Source: an uncultured Actinomycetota bacterium
GTDB lineage: Bacteria > Actinomycetota > Actinomycetes > JAHEKZ01
Length of the DNA stretch: 64,000 bases
Assembly (NCBI GenBank): GCA_963829525.1
Contig: CAWHIJ010000003.1
Location: 1,568,001 to 1,632,000 of the forward strand
Reading direction: 5' to 3'
Shown here: positions 30,372-39,965 of the stretch, one piece after another
Numbering within the stretch: position 1 is the stretch's first letter
Layout: each line of letters opens with the position of its first letter
Made by a program: the position numbers and the translations under genes
Notes under the pieces: model-generated
The model's database searches: none
The model's input: the letters and a program-made list of their open reading frames with translations, nothing else
Told to the model about the DNA's origin: nothing

Positions 30372-31262
30372 ATGCCGCTGACTGCCGACGATGTCAACAA
30401 CGTCGTCTTCCAGACGTCGACGAAGCGCAAGGCTGGATATGACGAGGACGAAGTTGACGCCTTCTTGGACCAGGTCGCCGCTGAGCTGACACGGCTCACC
30501 GCAGAAAACGATTCGCTGCGTGCCCAGCTTGCGACCCGCCCAGCCGCAGGTGCTGCTCCCGTGGCCCCCGTAGTGGCTGCGCCGGTGGCTGCTGTGCCGC
30601 CCTCATCTGGAGCTGAGCAGGCAGCCCGGGTGCTGGCCGCAGCCGAACGAACTGCTGACGACGTCGTGGCGTCAGCGCGCTCCGAAGCCGACACCATGTT
30701 GGCAACTGCGCGGAGCAGGGCCGACAACGCCGAACGTGAGGCCGTGACCAAGCACCAGGCGACCATGGCCAGCCTGGCTGGCGAGCGCTCAGCGCTGGAG
30801 AAGCAGGTCGACGAACTGCGCTCGTTCGAGCGTGAGTACCGGACCAGGCTGAAGTCATACCTGGAGCAGCAGCTGCGTGACCTGACCTCCCGCTCCGAGA
30901 CCGGCGGTGCGCAAGCGGCCGCAACAGCTGCGACTGCGACTGCGACCCCACCGCAGCGTCCCGCCTCCGGCGCGGTTGCGCCGCAGGCCCAGCCGCAACA
31001 ACCGCCGGTGCAGCGGCCCCCGGCGGCCCAGCCGCAGGCACAGCCGCCGGCCCAGCCGCAGGCACAGCCGCAGGCCCAGCCGCCAGTGCCGCCGCAGCAA
31101 CCGCCTGTACAAGCGCCGGCCCAGCCGCAGGCACAACCGCCAGTGCCGCCGCAGCAACCGCCTGTACAAGCGCCGGCGCAACCGCCAGCCCCGCCACGTC
31201 CAGCCCAGAGTGTGCCACCTGCTGGACCACCGAGCTCTCCGCCTGCTCAACCACGTCCGTAG
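30372..31262 (+). CDS. divIVA: DivIVA/Wag31 with Pro/Gln-rich tail
   Basis: MPLTADDV...GYDEDEVDAFLD, FEREYRTRLKSYLE. Confidence 0.95.
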   Translation: MPLTADDVNNVVFQTSTKRKAGYDEDEVDAFLDQVAAELTRLTAENDSLRAQLATRPAAGAAPVAPVVAAPVAAVPPSSGAEQAARVLAAAERTADDVVASARSEADTMLATARSRADNAEREAVTKHQATMASLAGERSALEKQVDELRSFEREYRTRLKSYLEQQLRDLTSRSETGGAQAAATAATATATPPQRPASGAVAPQAQPQQPPVQRPPAAQPQAQPPAQPQAQPQAQPPVPPQQPPVQAPAQPQAQPPVPPQQPPVQAPAQPPAPPRPAQSVPPAGPPSSPPAQPRP

Positions 31263-31306
31263 GAAGCCAGGACCGCTTTGCAGGTGGATGCTCACTGAGC
31301 ACAAAC

Positions 31307-31336
31307 GAGGACCCCGGCCAGGTGGCCGGGGTCCTC
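31307..31336. terminator. Hairpin terminator between convergent genes
   Basis: GAGGACCCCGGCCA-GG-TGGCCGGGGTCCTC perfect inverted repeat. Confidence 0.8.
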
Positions 31337-31353
31337 TGTCGTCGGGGTCCTGC

Positions 31354-31824
31354 TCAGATACGGCGACGGAACGGGTCGCGTGGCGGTGGCGCGGGCATCG
31401 AGATACGCGCACCGTCGATGGGGATGCCGGTCAGGCCAAGCACCTTCGTCAAGACCGAGAGGGTGGTCTCGCCAGCACCAATTCCATTCTCGGTGACCAT
31501 GGCGCGGTAGATCGTGACGTAGTGCTTCACCGGGGTGTCATAGGTCCAGTCGACGGAGCCGAGGTGCACCGACTCGCCGGGGCCTTGCTCTGGGCTCAGC
31601 CAGGGGCGGTCCCAGACCTGGATGCCAGTCGGGCTCACACAGAAGATGCCACCCATGGTGATGTCATGCTGTTTGGCGGTCTCGATCAGCTGACGACTCT
31701 CCCGCTCAGCAAGAACGAGTGCAGGACGGACGTTGCTGGCGAGCGCAGGAACGGCGACGGCATTGGCCTTGAGCCGTACCTGGGGGAGCGAAGCTGAGTT
31801 TGTGGCGGCGATGGGTTGCACCAT
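31354..31824 (-). CDS. Hypothetical protein (156 aa)
   Basis: GGAGG RBS, ATG, globular-looking composition; no family recognised. Confidence 0.75.
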   Translation of the reverse strand: MVQPIAATNSASLPQVRLKANAVAVPALASNVRPALVLAERESRQLIETAKQHDITMGGIFCVSPTGIQVWDRPWLSPEQGPGESVHLGSVDWTYDTPVKHYVTIYRAMVTENGIGAGETTLSVLTKVLGLTGIPIDGARISMPAPPPRDPFRRRI

Positions 31825-32011
31825 GGCTGTCCTCCGTGTGCTGCCGTCCGGCGGTGTCGCGGTTGCGACAGCCGTTGATTGGGTATCGGCTCGTCGACCC
31901 ACGCACTTGGTTACTCCATTTGGGTGATTCTGGTAACGCTGCCCTGTCGGGGGATCAAGGGCTGAGGTGCCCCAACCGAGGTGCCCCAGCCGAGATGAGA
32001 CAACCGCCGAC

Positions 32012-35000
32012 TCAGGCTCGACTGAGCGTGAAGCGTAGCCCTGAGTCCTCGTCAACGAAGGCTGAGACGTCCGCTACGGAGTTTTCGCTGCCCTCACTCC
32101 CCTCACTCATAGAGGTCGCAAGCACCTCACCCCCGATGGTGTCGGAGTGCTCAACGATGGCCTCTCGCAGTTCACCGCTTGCCGACCACCGCAGTGAGAT
32201 CCGGTCTGAGACCTCCAGCCCAGATGTCTTACGGGCCTCCTGGACCTGTCGCACCACATCGCGGGCCAGGCCCAGCCGCCTGAGCTCAGGGGTGAGAGTC
32301 AGGTCGAGCGCGATGCTCTCGCCCGCATCGTGGTGGACCGCCCATCCCTCGCGTGGCGTCTCGGTCAGCACGACCTCGTCGGGCTCGATCGTGACCGGTT
32401 CGCCACCGAGGTCGACCTGGGCGCGACCGGCGAGGGCCAGCGACTGCTGCAGCATCTGGGGGTCGGCAGCCGCGATGGCTGCGGCCACCTCGGGCGTCTG
32501 CTTGCCGAACCGCTTGCCGAGTGCCCGGAAGTTGGCCTTTGCGGTGACCGACACCAGCTCGTCCACAGCACTTCCGAGGGCCTCGATACGTTGAACGTTC
32601 AGCTCGGCGGACAGCTCAGCCTGCAGCTCGGCCGGCATGAGTTCCCATCCGGGCGCCGAGACGAGTGCGCGACCCAGCGGCTGGCGGGTCTTGACCCCGG
32701 ACGCTGCCCGAGCGGCGCGACCGAGCTCGACGAGTCGTCTGACCTGCGCCATCTGCGTCGTGAGAGATTCATCGACCGCCGTCTCGTCGACCGCCGGCCA
32801 GTCGGCCAGATGCACCGAGTCGACGGCGTTCGGTGTGGTGGACCGGACGAGGTCCTGCCAGACCTGCTCGGTGATGAAGGGGGTCAGGGGAGCCGTCACC
32901 AAGGTGACGGCGGTCAGTGCCTCATGCAGCGTGGTGAACGCGGCGTCGTCGCCATCCCAGAACCGACGTCGGGATCGGCGGACGTACCAGTTGGAGAGCT
33001 CGTCGACGAAGGTGGCGATCTGCCCACCTGCGCCTGCCGCGTCAAAACCATCGAGCGCGGCGTCGACAGCCTTGACCAGCTGTTGAGTACGCGAAGCGAG
33101 CCACCTGTCCATCGCTGGGCGGTCAGCGACTGGGATCACGACCTCAGGGGGGCTCCATCCCGCGAGGCGGGCATAGAGGGCCTGGAACGAGACGGTGTTC
33201 CAATAGGTGAGCAGAGTCTTGCGGACCACCTCCTGAATCGTCTCGTGACTGACCCGCCTGGCCGACCACGGTGACCCGCTGGCCACCATGAACCATCGAA
33301 CGGCATCGGCCCCGTGTCGCTCCATCAGCGGCATTGGCTCAAGGACGTTGCCGAGGTGCTTGCTCATCTTGCGGCCATCCTTGTCGAGGATGTGGCCGAG
33401 ACAGAGCACCGTTCGGTAGGACGACTCTTCGAAGACAAGTGTCCCGACGGTCATCAGCGTGTAGAACCACCCGCGGGTCTGGTCGATCGCTTCGCAGATG
33501 TAGTCGGCCGGGTACTGGGCGCGAAACGCCTCCTCGGTCTGCAGGTGCGGGTAGCCCCACTGCGCGAAAGGCATACAGCCGGAGTCGAACCAACCATCGA
33601 CGACCTCAGGCACCCGTCGGGCGGGTTCGCCGCACTCCCGGCACGGCAGGACGACGTCGTCGACGAACGGACGGTGAGGGTCCATGTCATGCAGAGGCTG
33701 GCCCGCCACTTTGGCCAGCTCTGCGCGTGACCCGATCACGGTCAGGTGGTCCGACGGACAGCGCCAGATGGGCAGTGGGGTACCCCAGTAGCGGTTGCGC
33801 GACAGCGCCCAGTCGATGTTGTTCTCCAGCCAGTTGCCGTAACGACCGTGCTTGATGGAATCGGGGAACCAGGTGGTCGCCTCGTTCTGTGCGAGCAGCT
33901 GGTCCTTGATGGCGGTCGTCCGGATGTACCAGGAGGGCTGCGCGTAGTACATCAACGGCGTGTGGCAGCGCCAGCAGTGTGGGTAGCTGTGCTCGTACGG
34001 CAAGTGGGCGAAGAGGAGACCGCGCTGGCCGAGGTCGGCCACCAACGCCCCGTCGGCCTTCTTGAAGAAGACGCCGCCGACGAGCCCGACATCTGCGCCG
34101 AACTCCCCGTTGGCCAGCAGCGGGTTCACGACAGGCAGACCATGGGCTCTACCGATGGCGAGGTCCTCAGGGCCAAAGGCTGGTGCAAGGTGCACCAACC
34201 CGGTCCCGTCGGTGACGGTGACGTAGTCCGCCGACAGCACGGTGTGGATCGGACCTTCATCGGGTATCGGCACGAGGTCGAAGGGGGGGAGATAGCTCGT
34301 GCCGACAAGTTCGGCGCCCAGGAGGTGACTCACCACCGTGGCGTCATCACCGAGTGTGGTCGCGAGCAGGGGCTCGGCGACGACGAGCAGCTCACCGGCT
34401 GCCGTGCGGGCGAGCACGTAATCGACGTCGGGGTGGACAGCGACGGCGGTGTTGGACACCAAGGTCCACGGAGTCGTGGTCCACACCAGCAGGGCCGCGT
34501 CTTGGCCGGCGAAAGGACCGCCCGTCACCGGGAAGCGGACATAGACCGATGGGTCGACGACCGTCTCGTAACCCTGGGCCAGCTCGTGGTCGGAGAGCCC
34601 AGTTCCACAGCGCGGGCAATAGGGCGCGACCCGGTGGTCCTGGACGAGCAGGCCCTTGTCATGGATCTGCTTCAAAGCCCACCAGAGGCTGTCGACGTAG
34701 GCCGGATCCATCGTCCAGTACGCCTGGTCGGTGTCGACCCAGTAGCCCATCCGCTCAGTCATCTGCTCGAACTCGTCGACGTGACGCAGCACCGACTCAC
34801 GGCACTTGGCGTTGAACTCGGCGACGCCGAAGGCCTCGATGTCCTGCTTTCCGGAGAACCCCAGCTCCTTCTCGACGGCGATCTCGACCGGAAGGCCATG
34901 GCAGTCCCAGCCAGCCTTTCGGGGAACCCGGTACCCCTTCATCGTCCGGTACCGGGGGAAGACGTCCTTGAAGACGCGAGCCTCGATGTGGTGGGTGCCT

Positions 35001-35161
35001 GGGGTGCCGTTGGCGGTGGGTGGCCCTTCGTAGAAGACCCAAGCCGGGGCGTCGGCGCGCTGCTCCAGGCTTCGGTGGAAGGTGTTCTGGTCCCGCCACA
35101 GCGCGAGGACGTCGTGTTCGAGCGCTGGCAGGTCGACCTGCGGCGGAACTTCGCGGTACAT
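32012..35161 (-). CDS. ileS: Isoleucine-tRNA ligase, type 2
   Basis: FYEGPPTANG, GWDCHGLP, WTTTPWTL, KMSK; GTHH in place of HIGH. Confidence 0.98.
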   Translation of the reverse strand: MYREVPPQVDLPALEHDVLALWRDQNTFHRSLEQRADAPAWVFYEGPPTANGTPGTHHIEARVFKDVFPRYRTMKGYRVPRKAGWDCHGLPVEIAVEKELGFSGKQDIEAFGVAEFNAKCRESVLRHVDEFEQMTERMGYWVDTDQAYWTMDPAYVDSLWWALKQIHDKGLLVQDHRVAPYCPRCGTGLSDHELAQGYETVVDPSVYVRFPVTGGPFAGQDAALLVWTTTPWTLVSNTAVAVHPDVDYVLARTAAGELLVVAEPLLATTLGDDATVVSHLLGAELVGTSYLPPFDLVPIPDEGPIHTVLSADYVTVTDGTGLVHLAPAFGPEDLAIGRAHGLPVVNPLLANGEFGADVGLVGGVFFKKADGALVADLGQRGLLFAHLPYEHSYPHCWRCHTPLMYYAQPSWYIRTTAIKDQLLAQNEATTWFPDSIKHGRYGNWLENNIDWALSRNRYWGTPLPIWRCPSDHLTVIGSRAELAKVAGQPLHDMDPHRPFVDDVVLPCRECGEPARRVPEVVDGWFDSGCMPFAQWGYPHLQTEEAFRAQYPADYICEAIDQTRGWFYTLMTVGTLVFEESSYRTVLCLGHILDKDGRKMSKHLGNVLEPMPLMERHGADAVRWFMVASGSPWSARRVSHETIQEVVRKTLLTYWNTVSFQALYARLAGWSPPEVVIPVADRPAMDRWLASRTQQLVKAVDAALDGFDAAGAGGQIATFVDELSNWYVRRSRRRFWDGDDAAFTTLHEALTAVTLVTAPLTPFITEQVWQDLVRSTTPNAVDSVHLADWPAVDETAVDESLTTQMAQVRRLVELGRAARAASGVKTRQPLGRALVSAPGWELMPAELQAELSAELNVQRIEALGSAVDELVSVTAKANFRALGKRFGKQTPEVAAAIAAADPQMLQQSLALAGRAQVDLGGEPVTIEPDEVVLTETPREGWAVHHDAGESIALDLTLTPELRRLGLARDVVRQVQEARKTSGLEVSDRISLRWSASGELREAIVEHSDTIGGEVLATSMSEGSEGSENSVADVSAFVDEDSGLRFTLSRA

Positions 35162-35425
35162 CGGTCCTCCGTCGGGTGTGGCGTCCGATCAGAGGGACGA
35201 GGCCCTCTTGCGTGGCCCCGCGGTACCACCCTCATTGGCGGAGGTCGGTGTGGACGTCCACCCACTCGAGGTCGCTGCAGCCGGTTCTACCTGGCCCCGC
35301 CGCTCCCGACTGGGCCGCTCTTCCGGCAGCTCGGGGTGATGTTCTCCGCGCCAGACCCCCCGGGCTCACACCATCCCCGGGTCGCTCGTTGGCCTGATGC
35401 GCGCGGGTACTCGTCCCGTCGACGC
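35162..35425 (-). ncRNA. Ile T-box riboswitch (translational type)
   Basis: AGGGTGGTACCGCG T-box (35219-35232), AUC specifier (35338-35340), AGCGA bulge and GGTG loop, CCTC sequestrator for GGAGG SD; -10 TAGACT at 35442-35447. Confidence 0.92.
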
Positions 35426-35468
35426 CGTGCAGTCACCGGTGAGTCTAGCGATGCAGCAAACTGCAGTG

Positions 35469-35756
35469 GTGGTGGACACCAGCGAGTACGAGTCGACGCT
35501 TCAGATCTGGGTGCGGCCGGGCTCGTCACACACTCGGGTCGGTGGTGAGCACGCCGGAGCCCTGGCCGTGGCGGTGCCGGCCAAAGCGGTTGACGGGGCC
35601 GCGACCGACGCCGGGTTGACCGCCCTGGCGCAGGCGCTGGAGGTCCCCAGGCGAGGAGTGTGGCTGGTCCGAGGGGCCGCGGCGCGGCAGAAGATCGTTG
35701 GGGTGAACCTCCCCAGCCAGGAACTGGCCAGACGCGTGAATGTCCTGAAGGGCTAG
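35469..35756 (+). CDS. DUF167 (YggU) family protein
   Basis: VRPG...VGG.H..AL.VAV...AVDGAA...V.L.RG..AR.K; start uncertain (35451 or 35469). Confidence 0.85.
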   Translation: MVDTSEYESTLQIWVRPGSSHTRVGGEHAGALAVAVPAKAVDGAATDAGLTALAQALEVPRRGVWLVRGAAARQKIVGVNLPSQELARRVNVLKG

Positions 35757-35884
35757 CCAGGCGCGCTAGGCCGAGCGTTGCTGCCGAGCGCGCGGCGGCC
35801 TCGGCGGCGTGGCGGTTTGGCTCCGACCCCCTCAAGCGCCTATTCTCGCGCGGACTCCGCGCAGTCGGTCTCTGGGAGGTCCGC

Positions 35885-36816
35885 ATGGCGCAGCACACGT
35901 CCAGTGGTGGAACGACCCGGTCTCGGGGTGCTTCCACGCGCTCCCGATCGCGGACATCCTCGGCTACGACCAACGCAGCGAAGAAGGCCTCAGCGAAGAA
36001 GCGAAGAAGACGGTGACAAAGAAGACCGTGACGACGAAGACACCAGCGACAAATAAGACGCCCGCGACAAAGAAGGCCTCAGCGAAGAAGGCCGTCGCGA
36101 AGAAGACGGTGACAAAAAAGACCGTGACGAAGAAGGCACCGGCGAAGAAGGCCGTCGCGAAGAAGGCACCGGCGAAGAAGGCCGTCGCGAAGAAGGCACC
36201 GGCGAAGAAGGCCGTCGCGAAGAAGGCACCGGCGAAGAAGGCCGTCGCGAAGAAGGCACCGGCGAAGAAGGCACCGGCCAAGAAGGCCGTCGCGAAGAAG
36301 GCACCGGCCAAGAAGGCACCGGCCAAGAAAGCCGTCGTTGCACCCGCACCGGCATCCGCCACACCCGAGCCCGTTGCACCTGCACCCGCCAAACCGGTGG
36401 TGCCCTTGAAGAAGGCCGCCGTCGCCCCGAAGCGGTCGGCGCGCGGTCGCAAACCGCTGACCCCCGCGGAGCGCGATGAGATGCGCGGCGTCCTGCGGGC
36501 CGAGCGGGTACGCCTTAAGGCTGAGATCGCCACAGCAGTGGAAGATCTCAATGAGCTGCTGCGCGACTCCGGCGATGGCTCCGGTGACGACCAAGCAGAT
36601 GCGGGAAGCAAGACTTTCGAGCGCGAGCACGAGATGTCGGTTGCCAACAACTCCCGTGACCTGCTCGAACAAGTTGAGCACGCCCTGAAGCGGATTACCG
36701 ACGGCTCCTACGGGACGTGTGAAAGCTGTGGTCTTCCGATCGGCAAGATGCGTCTTGAAGCTTTTCCCCGCGCGACGCTCTGTGTCGACTGCAAGCAGCG
36801 TGAGGAACGGCGCTGA
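35885..36816 (+). CDS. TraR/DksA C4 zinc-finger protein with histone-like AKK N-terminus (frameshift near 36000)
   Basis: GGAGG RBS; DQAD, CESC...[12 protein letters not shown]. Confidence 0.9.
35978..36333 (+). repeat. Coding 15/30-bp tandem repeats ([15 protein letters not shown])
   Basis: GCGAAGAAGGCACCGGCGAAGAAGGCCGTC repeated. Confidence 0.93.
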
Positions 36817-37331
36817 GCTCCGATCCGCTTGTTCCTGCGTCTCGCCGTCCGCTCTGGATCACCTTGGGGGTCGCTGCTGGGGTCCTGGCTGTCGACCAGG
36901 GAACGAAATGGTGGGTCCAGCAGCAGATGCCCGGTCGCGAGCCGATTGACATCGTGGGGGATTGGCTCCAGATCACCTACACCCTCAACCCAGGTGCCGC
37001 GTTCAGCATGGGGGGCAGTTTCACCTTTGTGCTGACAGCCATCGCGATCACGGTGGCCGTCGTCATCATCCGGATGGCGTCGCGGCTGGGGTCCAACGCC
37101 TGGGCTGTCGCGCTCGGCGGACTCCTCGGGGGCGCCTTGGGTAACTTGACGGACCGGCTGTTCCGCGGCCCGGCTCCGTTTCGCGGCTCGGTCGTCGACT
37201 GGATCTCAGTGCCCAACTGGCCGGTCTTCAACATCGCAGACAGCGCGATCTTCTGCTCGGCGATCCTGATGGTGTGGCTGTCGTTTCGCGGGATCGGTCT
37301 CGACGGATCTCGACCGAGCGCGACGGGCTAA
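36813..37331 (+). CDS. lspA: Lipoprotein signal peptidase
   Basis: [32 protein letters not shown]; start CTG 36813 or TTG 36864. Confidence 0.95.
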   Translation: MSSDPLVPASRRPLWITLGVAAGVLAVDQGTKWWVQQQMPGREPIDIVGDWLQITYTLNPGAAFSMGGSFTFVLTAIAITVAVVIIRMASRLGSNAWAVALGGLLGGALGNLTDRLFRGPAPFRGSVVDWISVPNWPVFNIADSAIFCSAILMVWLSFRGIGLDGSRPSATG

Positions 37332-37340
37332 CCTCACCAA

Positions 37341-38267
37341 GTGCCAGAACATCGCAGTGTCGCAGTCCCGGAAGGGCTTGAGGGCGAGCGTGTCGACGCG
37401 GCGATGGCCAGGCTGTTCGGGCTCTCGCGCACCAAGGCGGCTGACCTCATCAGCGCTGGGGCCGTGTTGGTGGACGGCGCGGCTCCCCTCAAGAGCGACC
37501 GCGTCCGGGCTGGCCTGATGCTCGAGGTCGAGCTTCCGGACGTAGCGTCACCGGTCGCGATCGACACCGAACCGGTGCCTGGCTTGCTCGTCCTGCACGA
37601 CGACGACGACATCGTGGTCGTCGACAAGCCGGTCGGAGTTGCTGCACATCCAAGCCCTGGGTGGAGCGGGCCTACCGTGGTGGGGGGTCTTGCTGCAGCT
37701 GGCTACCGGGTTGCGACGAGCGGAGCGGCCGAACGCCAGGGGGTCGTGCACCGACTCGACGTCGGTACGAGCGGGGTGATGGTTGTGGCCAAGTCCGAGC
37801 GCGCCTACAGCCTGCTGAAAGCTGCTTTCAAAGAGCGGGCGGTCGAGAAGATCTACCACGCCGTGGTCCAAGGACACCCTGATCCAAGTCGGGGAACCGT
37901 TGACGCACCGATCGGGCGTCATCCCAAAGATGACTGGCGCTGGGCCGTGACCGCCGGTGGCAAGGACAGCGTGACTCATTACGAGACGCTTGAGGCGTTC
38001 CGTGCGGCGAGTCTGCTCATCATCCACCTGGAGACTGGACGGACGCATCAGATTCGGGTGCACATGAGCGCGATCCGACATCCCTGTGTGGGGGACCTGA
38101 CATACGGGGCCGACCCGACGCTCTCGGCGCGCCTCGGCCTGTCGCGACAGTGGCTTCATGCGCGTGAACTTGCCTTTGCACACCCGTCCTCCGGTGAGCA
38201 GGTGCGGTTCACCTCGCCCTACCCGGACGACCTTGAGCGCGCGCTCGAGGTGCTGCGCGAGGAGTAG
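37341..38267 (+). CDS. rluD: RluA/RluD family pseudouridine synthase
   Basis: S4 domain, [19 protein letters not shown]. Confidence 0.93.
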   Translation: MPEHRSVAVPEGLEGERVDAAMARLFGLSRTKAADLISAGAVLVDGAAPLKSDRVRAGLMLEVELPDVASPVAIDTEPVPGLLVLHDDDDIVVVDKPVGVAAHPSPGWSGPTVVGGLAAAGYRVATSGAAERQGVVHRLDVGTSGVMVVAKSERAYSLLKAAFKERAVEKIYHAVVQGHPDPSRGTVDAPIGRHPKDDWRWAVTAGGKDSVTHYETLEAFRAASLLIIHLETGRTHQIRVHMSAIRHPCVGDLTYGADPTLSARLGLSRQWLHARELAFAHPSSGEQVRFTSPYPDDLERALEVLREE

Positions 38268-38284
38268 AAGACGGGGCGAGTCCC

Positions 38285-39553
38285 TTAGGTCGGGGCAGGT
38301 TCTAGGTATGCCCATGGCTCGGTGGTGAAGCGTCGTCCGACAGGGGTCGTCCACTCAAGCAGGCCGTCCGGTTGGTTCACCACGCTCCAACCGGGGGAGT
38401 GTTTGACCCGATGATGGTGGCGGCAGAGCACCGCCAGGTTCGCGGCTTCGGTGGGGCCTTCCGGCCAGGCCACGGAGTGGTCAAGGTCGGTACCGGTGCG
38501 CTCACCGACGGCTGAGCGGCGGCATCCGGGGAACCGGCACGTGACGTCGCGCGACCGGACTGCCCGTTCGAGCCGAGGTGTTGGCCGGTACTGCCGCTCG
38601 GCGACATCCAGGAGCACCCCAGAGCTCTCATCGACAAGCAACCGTCGCCAGGTGGCGGGGGATCCACAGCCACCTGACGCGAGGTCGCGGGCCACGGACG
38701 CAGTGATCGGTCCGATGCCAGGGATGTGGCCGGGCTCGGCTCCTTCGCCGAGGAGCGAGTCGACGGGGACCAGCACCTGCACGTGAACCTGCGGAGGCTC
38801 GGCGCGACCCAAGAGCAGGTCGAACAGCGCGTCAGCGCGTCGTTGGTCCGTAGTGCGTACCTCTTCGGCTCCCGCCTCGTTCGCCACCGCGTTAACCGTG
38901 TCGTAGATCTGTCGCGCTTGGATGCTGGGCAGGATCGCTGTCAGTTCAGATACGCCATCACCAAGTGGGGTCAACATGACTCGGCGGTCAGCGATCGCTC
39001 GGTGCCGACGAATCTCCGCTGCTCCAGGATCGGCCGCGATCACGCGACGCGCCAGCCATGCGCGAACCTGAGTGGTTGTTCGGGTCGATGCGTACTCGAC
39101 AGCCGCCTGTGCGAGTGAGTCGGCGAAGACTGGGTCGACATCGCAAACGCCGTCGGCGATCACCGAGACCTTGCGCTCGTCGAGCCGACCGAGCGACCAA
39201 GCAGCCATCACAGATGGCAGTGTCGAGGCTGCGCATGCGATTCCGAATCGGCGCGCGGCGACCGGCTTGGTGCACGTCAGTGTCACCGCGATCTCGTCGG
39301 CGATGAACTCTGATCGACACTCACTCGACCAGAGCGGTCGGCCCAAACGCTGCTCGTCCAGGCGGTCAGCGTGCGCGGCCCTGCGTGCCATCTCGGCCAT
39401 CGCCGTTGCCTGGCGCGCCATCAGCATCTGCGCCGCCTGCTCGCAGTCCACGAGTTCATCACGCAAGGCTGCGTCGGTGACGTCCGCAATGTCAGTCACG
39501 TTCGCAAGCAGGTTGGACACCTGCTGCGCGACGGATGGGTGGGTCGAGTTCAT
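38285..39553 (-). CDS. DUF222 / HNH endonuclease (13E12-like) protein
   Basis: QRRADAL, RDVTCRFPGC, DLDH..W..GPT...NL..LCRHHHRVKH, WTTP.GR. Confidence 0.92.
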   Translation of the reverse strand: MNSTHPSVAQQVSNLLANVTDIADVTDAALRDELVDCEQAAQMLMARQATAMAEMARRAAHADRLDEQRLGRPLWSSECRSEFIADEIAVTLTCTKPVAARRFGIACAASTLPSVMAAWSLGRLDERKVSVIADGVCDVDPVFADSLAQAAVEYASTRTTTQVRAWLARRVIAADPGAAEIRRHRAIADRRVMLTPLGDGVSELTAILPSIQARQIYDTVNAVANEAGAEEVRTTDQRRADALFDLLLGRAEPPQVHVQVLVPVDSLLGEGAEPGHIPGIGPITASVARDLASGGCGSPATWRRLLVDESSGVLLDVAERQYRPTPRLERAVRSRDVTCRFPGCRRSAVGERTGTDLDHSVAWPEGPTEAANLAVLCRHHHRVKHSPGWSVVNQPDGLLEWTTPVGRRFTTEPWAYLEPAPT

Positions 39554-39560
39554 GAAGTGC

Positions 39561-39582
39561 ACTCTTCCACCTGGGTCTGACA
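39561..39582 (-). promoter_or_regulatory. PafBC-type (RecA-NDp) DNA-damage promoter, leaderless
   Basis: TGTCAG-N10-AAGAGT, then 7 nt to ATG; consensus TGTCGG-N10-TANNNT. Confidence 0.6.
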
Positions 39583-39640
39583 AGCCGTCCGTTGCGTTGT
39601 GGTGTTGTCCACACCACCCAGTCACACCGTCACCGAGCGG

Positions 39641-39960
39641 TCAACTCTCGTTGGTGGGTGAGGATCGGTGGGCCAGTCGGACGGCGAGGAAGACGCCGGC
39701 GAAGACTCCGCTTAACAGCATCAGCATGAGAACCACTTCGATGGACCCGAGGTCGAACATGTCGTGAAACCTCCTAGAAGATTGAGCCGAAGAGGAGCCC
39801 GATCACCAGCAAGATCGATCCGGATCCCAATAACGTGGCCACCCACTTCTCGCCCCTGGTCCACGCCGGCGAGAGCCAGGCGCAGACCAGGCCAGCCAAG
39901 GGACCGATCACCCATGTAGCTGTCGATCGCGCCTGCTCCGGGTAGGCCGGTCTGGGTCAT
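39641..39960 (-). pseudogene. Fragmented PadR-partner membrane protein
   Basis: MTQTGLPGAGAIDSY joined out of frame to VIGPLAGLVCAWLSPAWTRGEKWVATL; downstream 39-aa hydrophobic ORF 39641-39760. Confidence 0.5.
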
Positions 39961-39965
39961 GTCCG

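Noticed and set aside
33746-35548. 600-aa plus-strand ORF (also 15480-16808 and 62415-63824 on minus)
   Set aside because: Antisense shadow ORFs of ileS, ftsI and lgt/VIT1, expected in high-GC DNA
35978-36333. Repeat array as a non-coding element
   Set aside because: In-frame Lys/Ala coding repeat of the DksA-like protein
38285-39553. IS element or transposase
   Set aside because: No DDE/HUH motifs, terminal inverted repeats or target duplication seen
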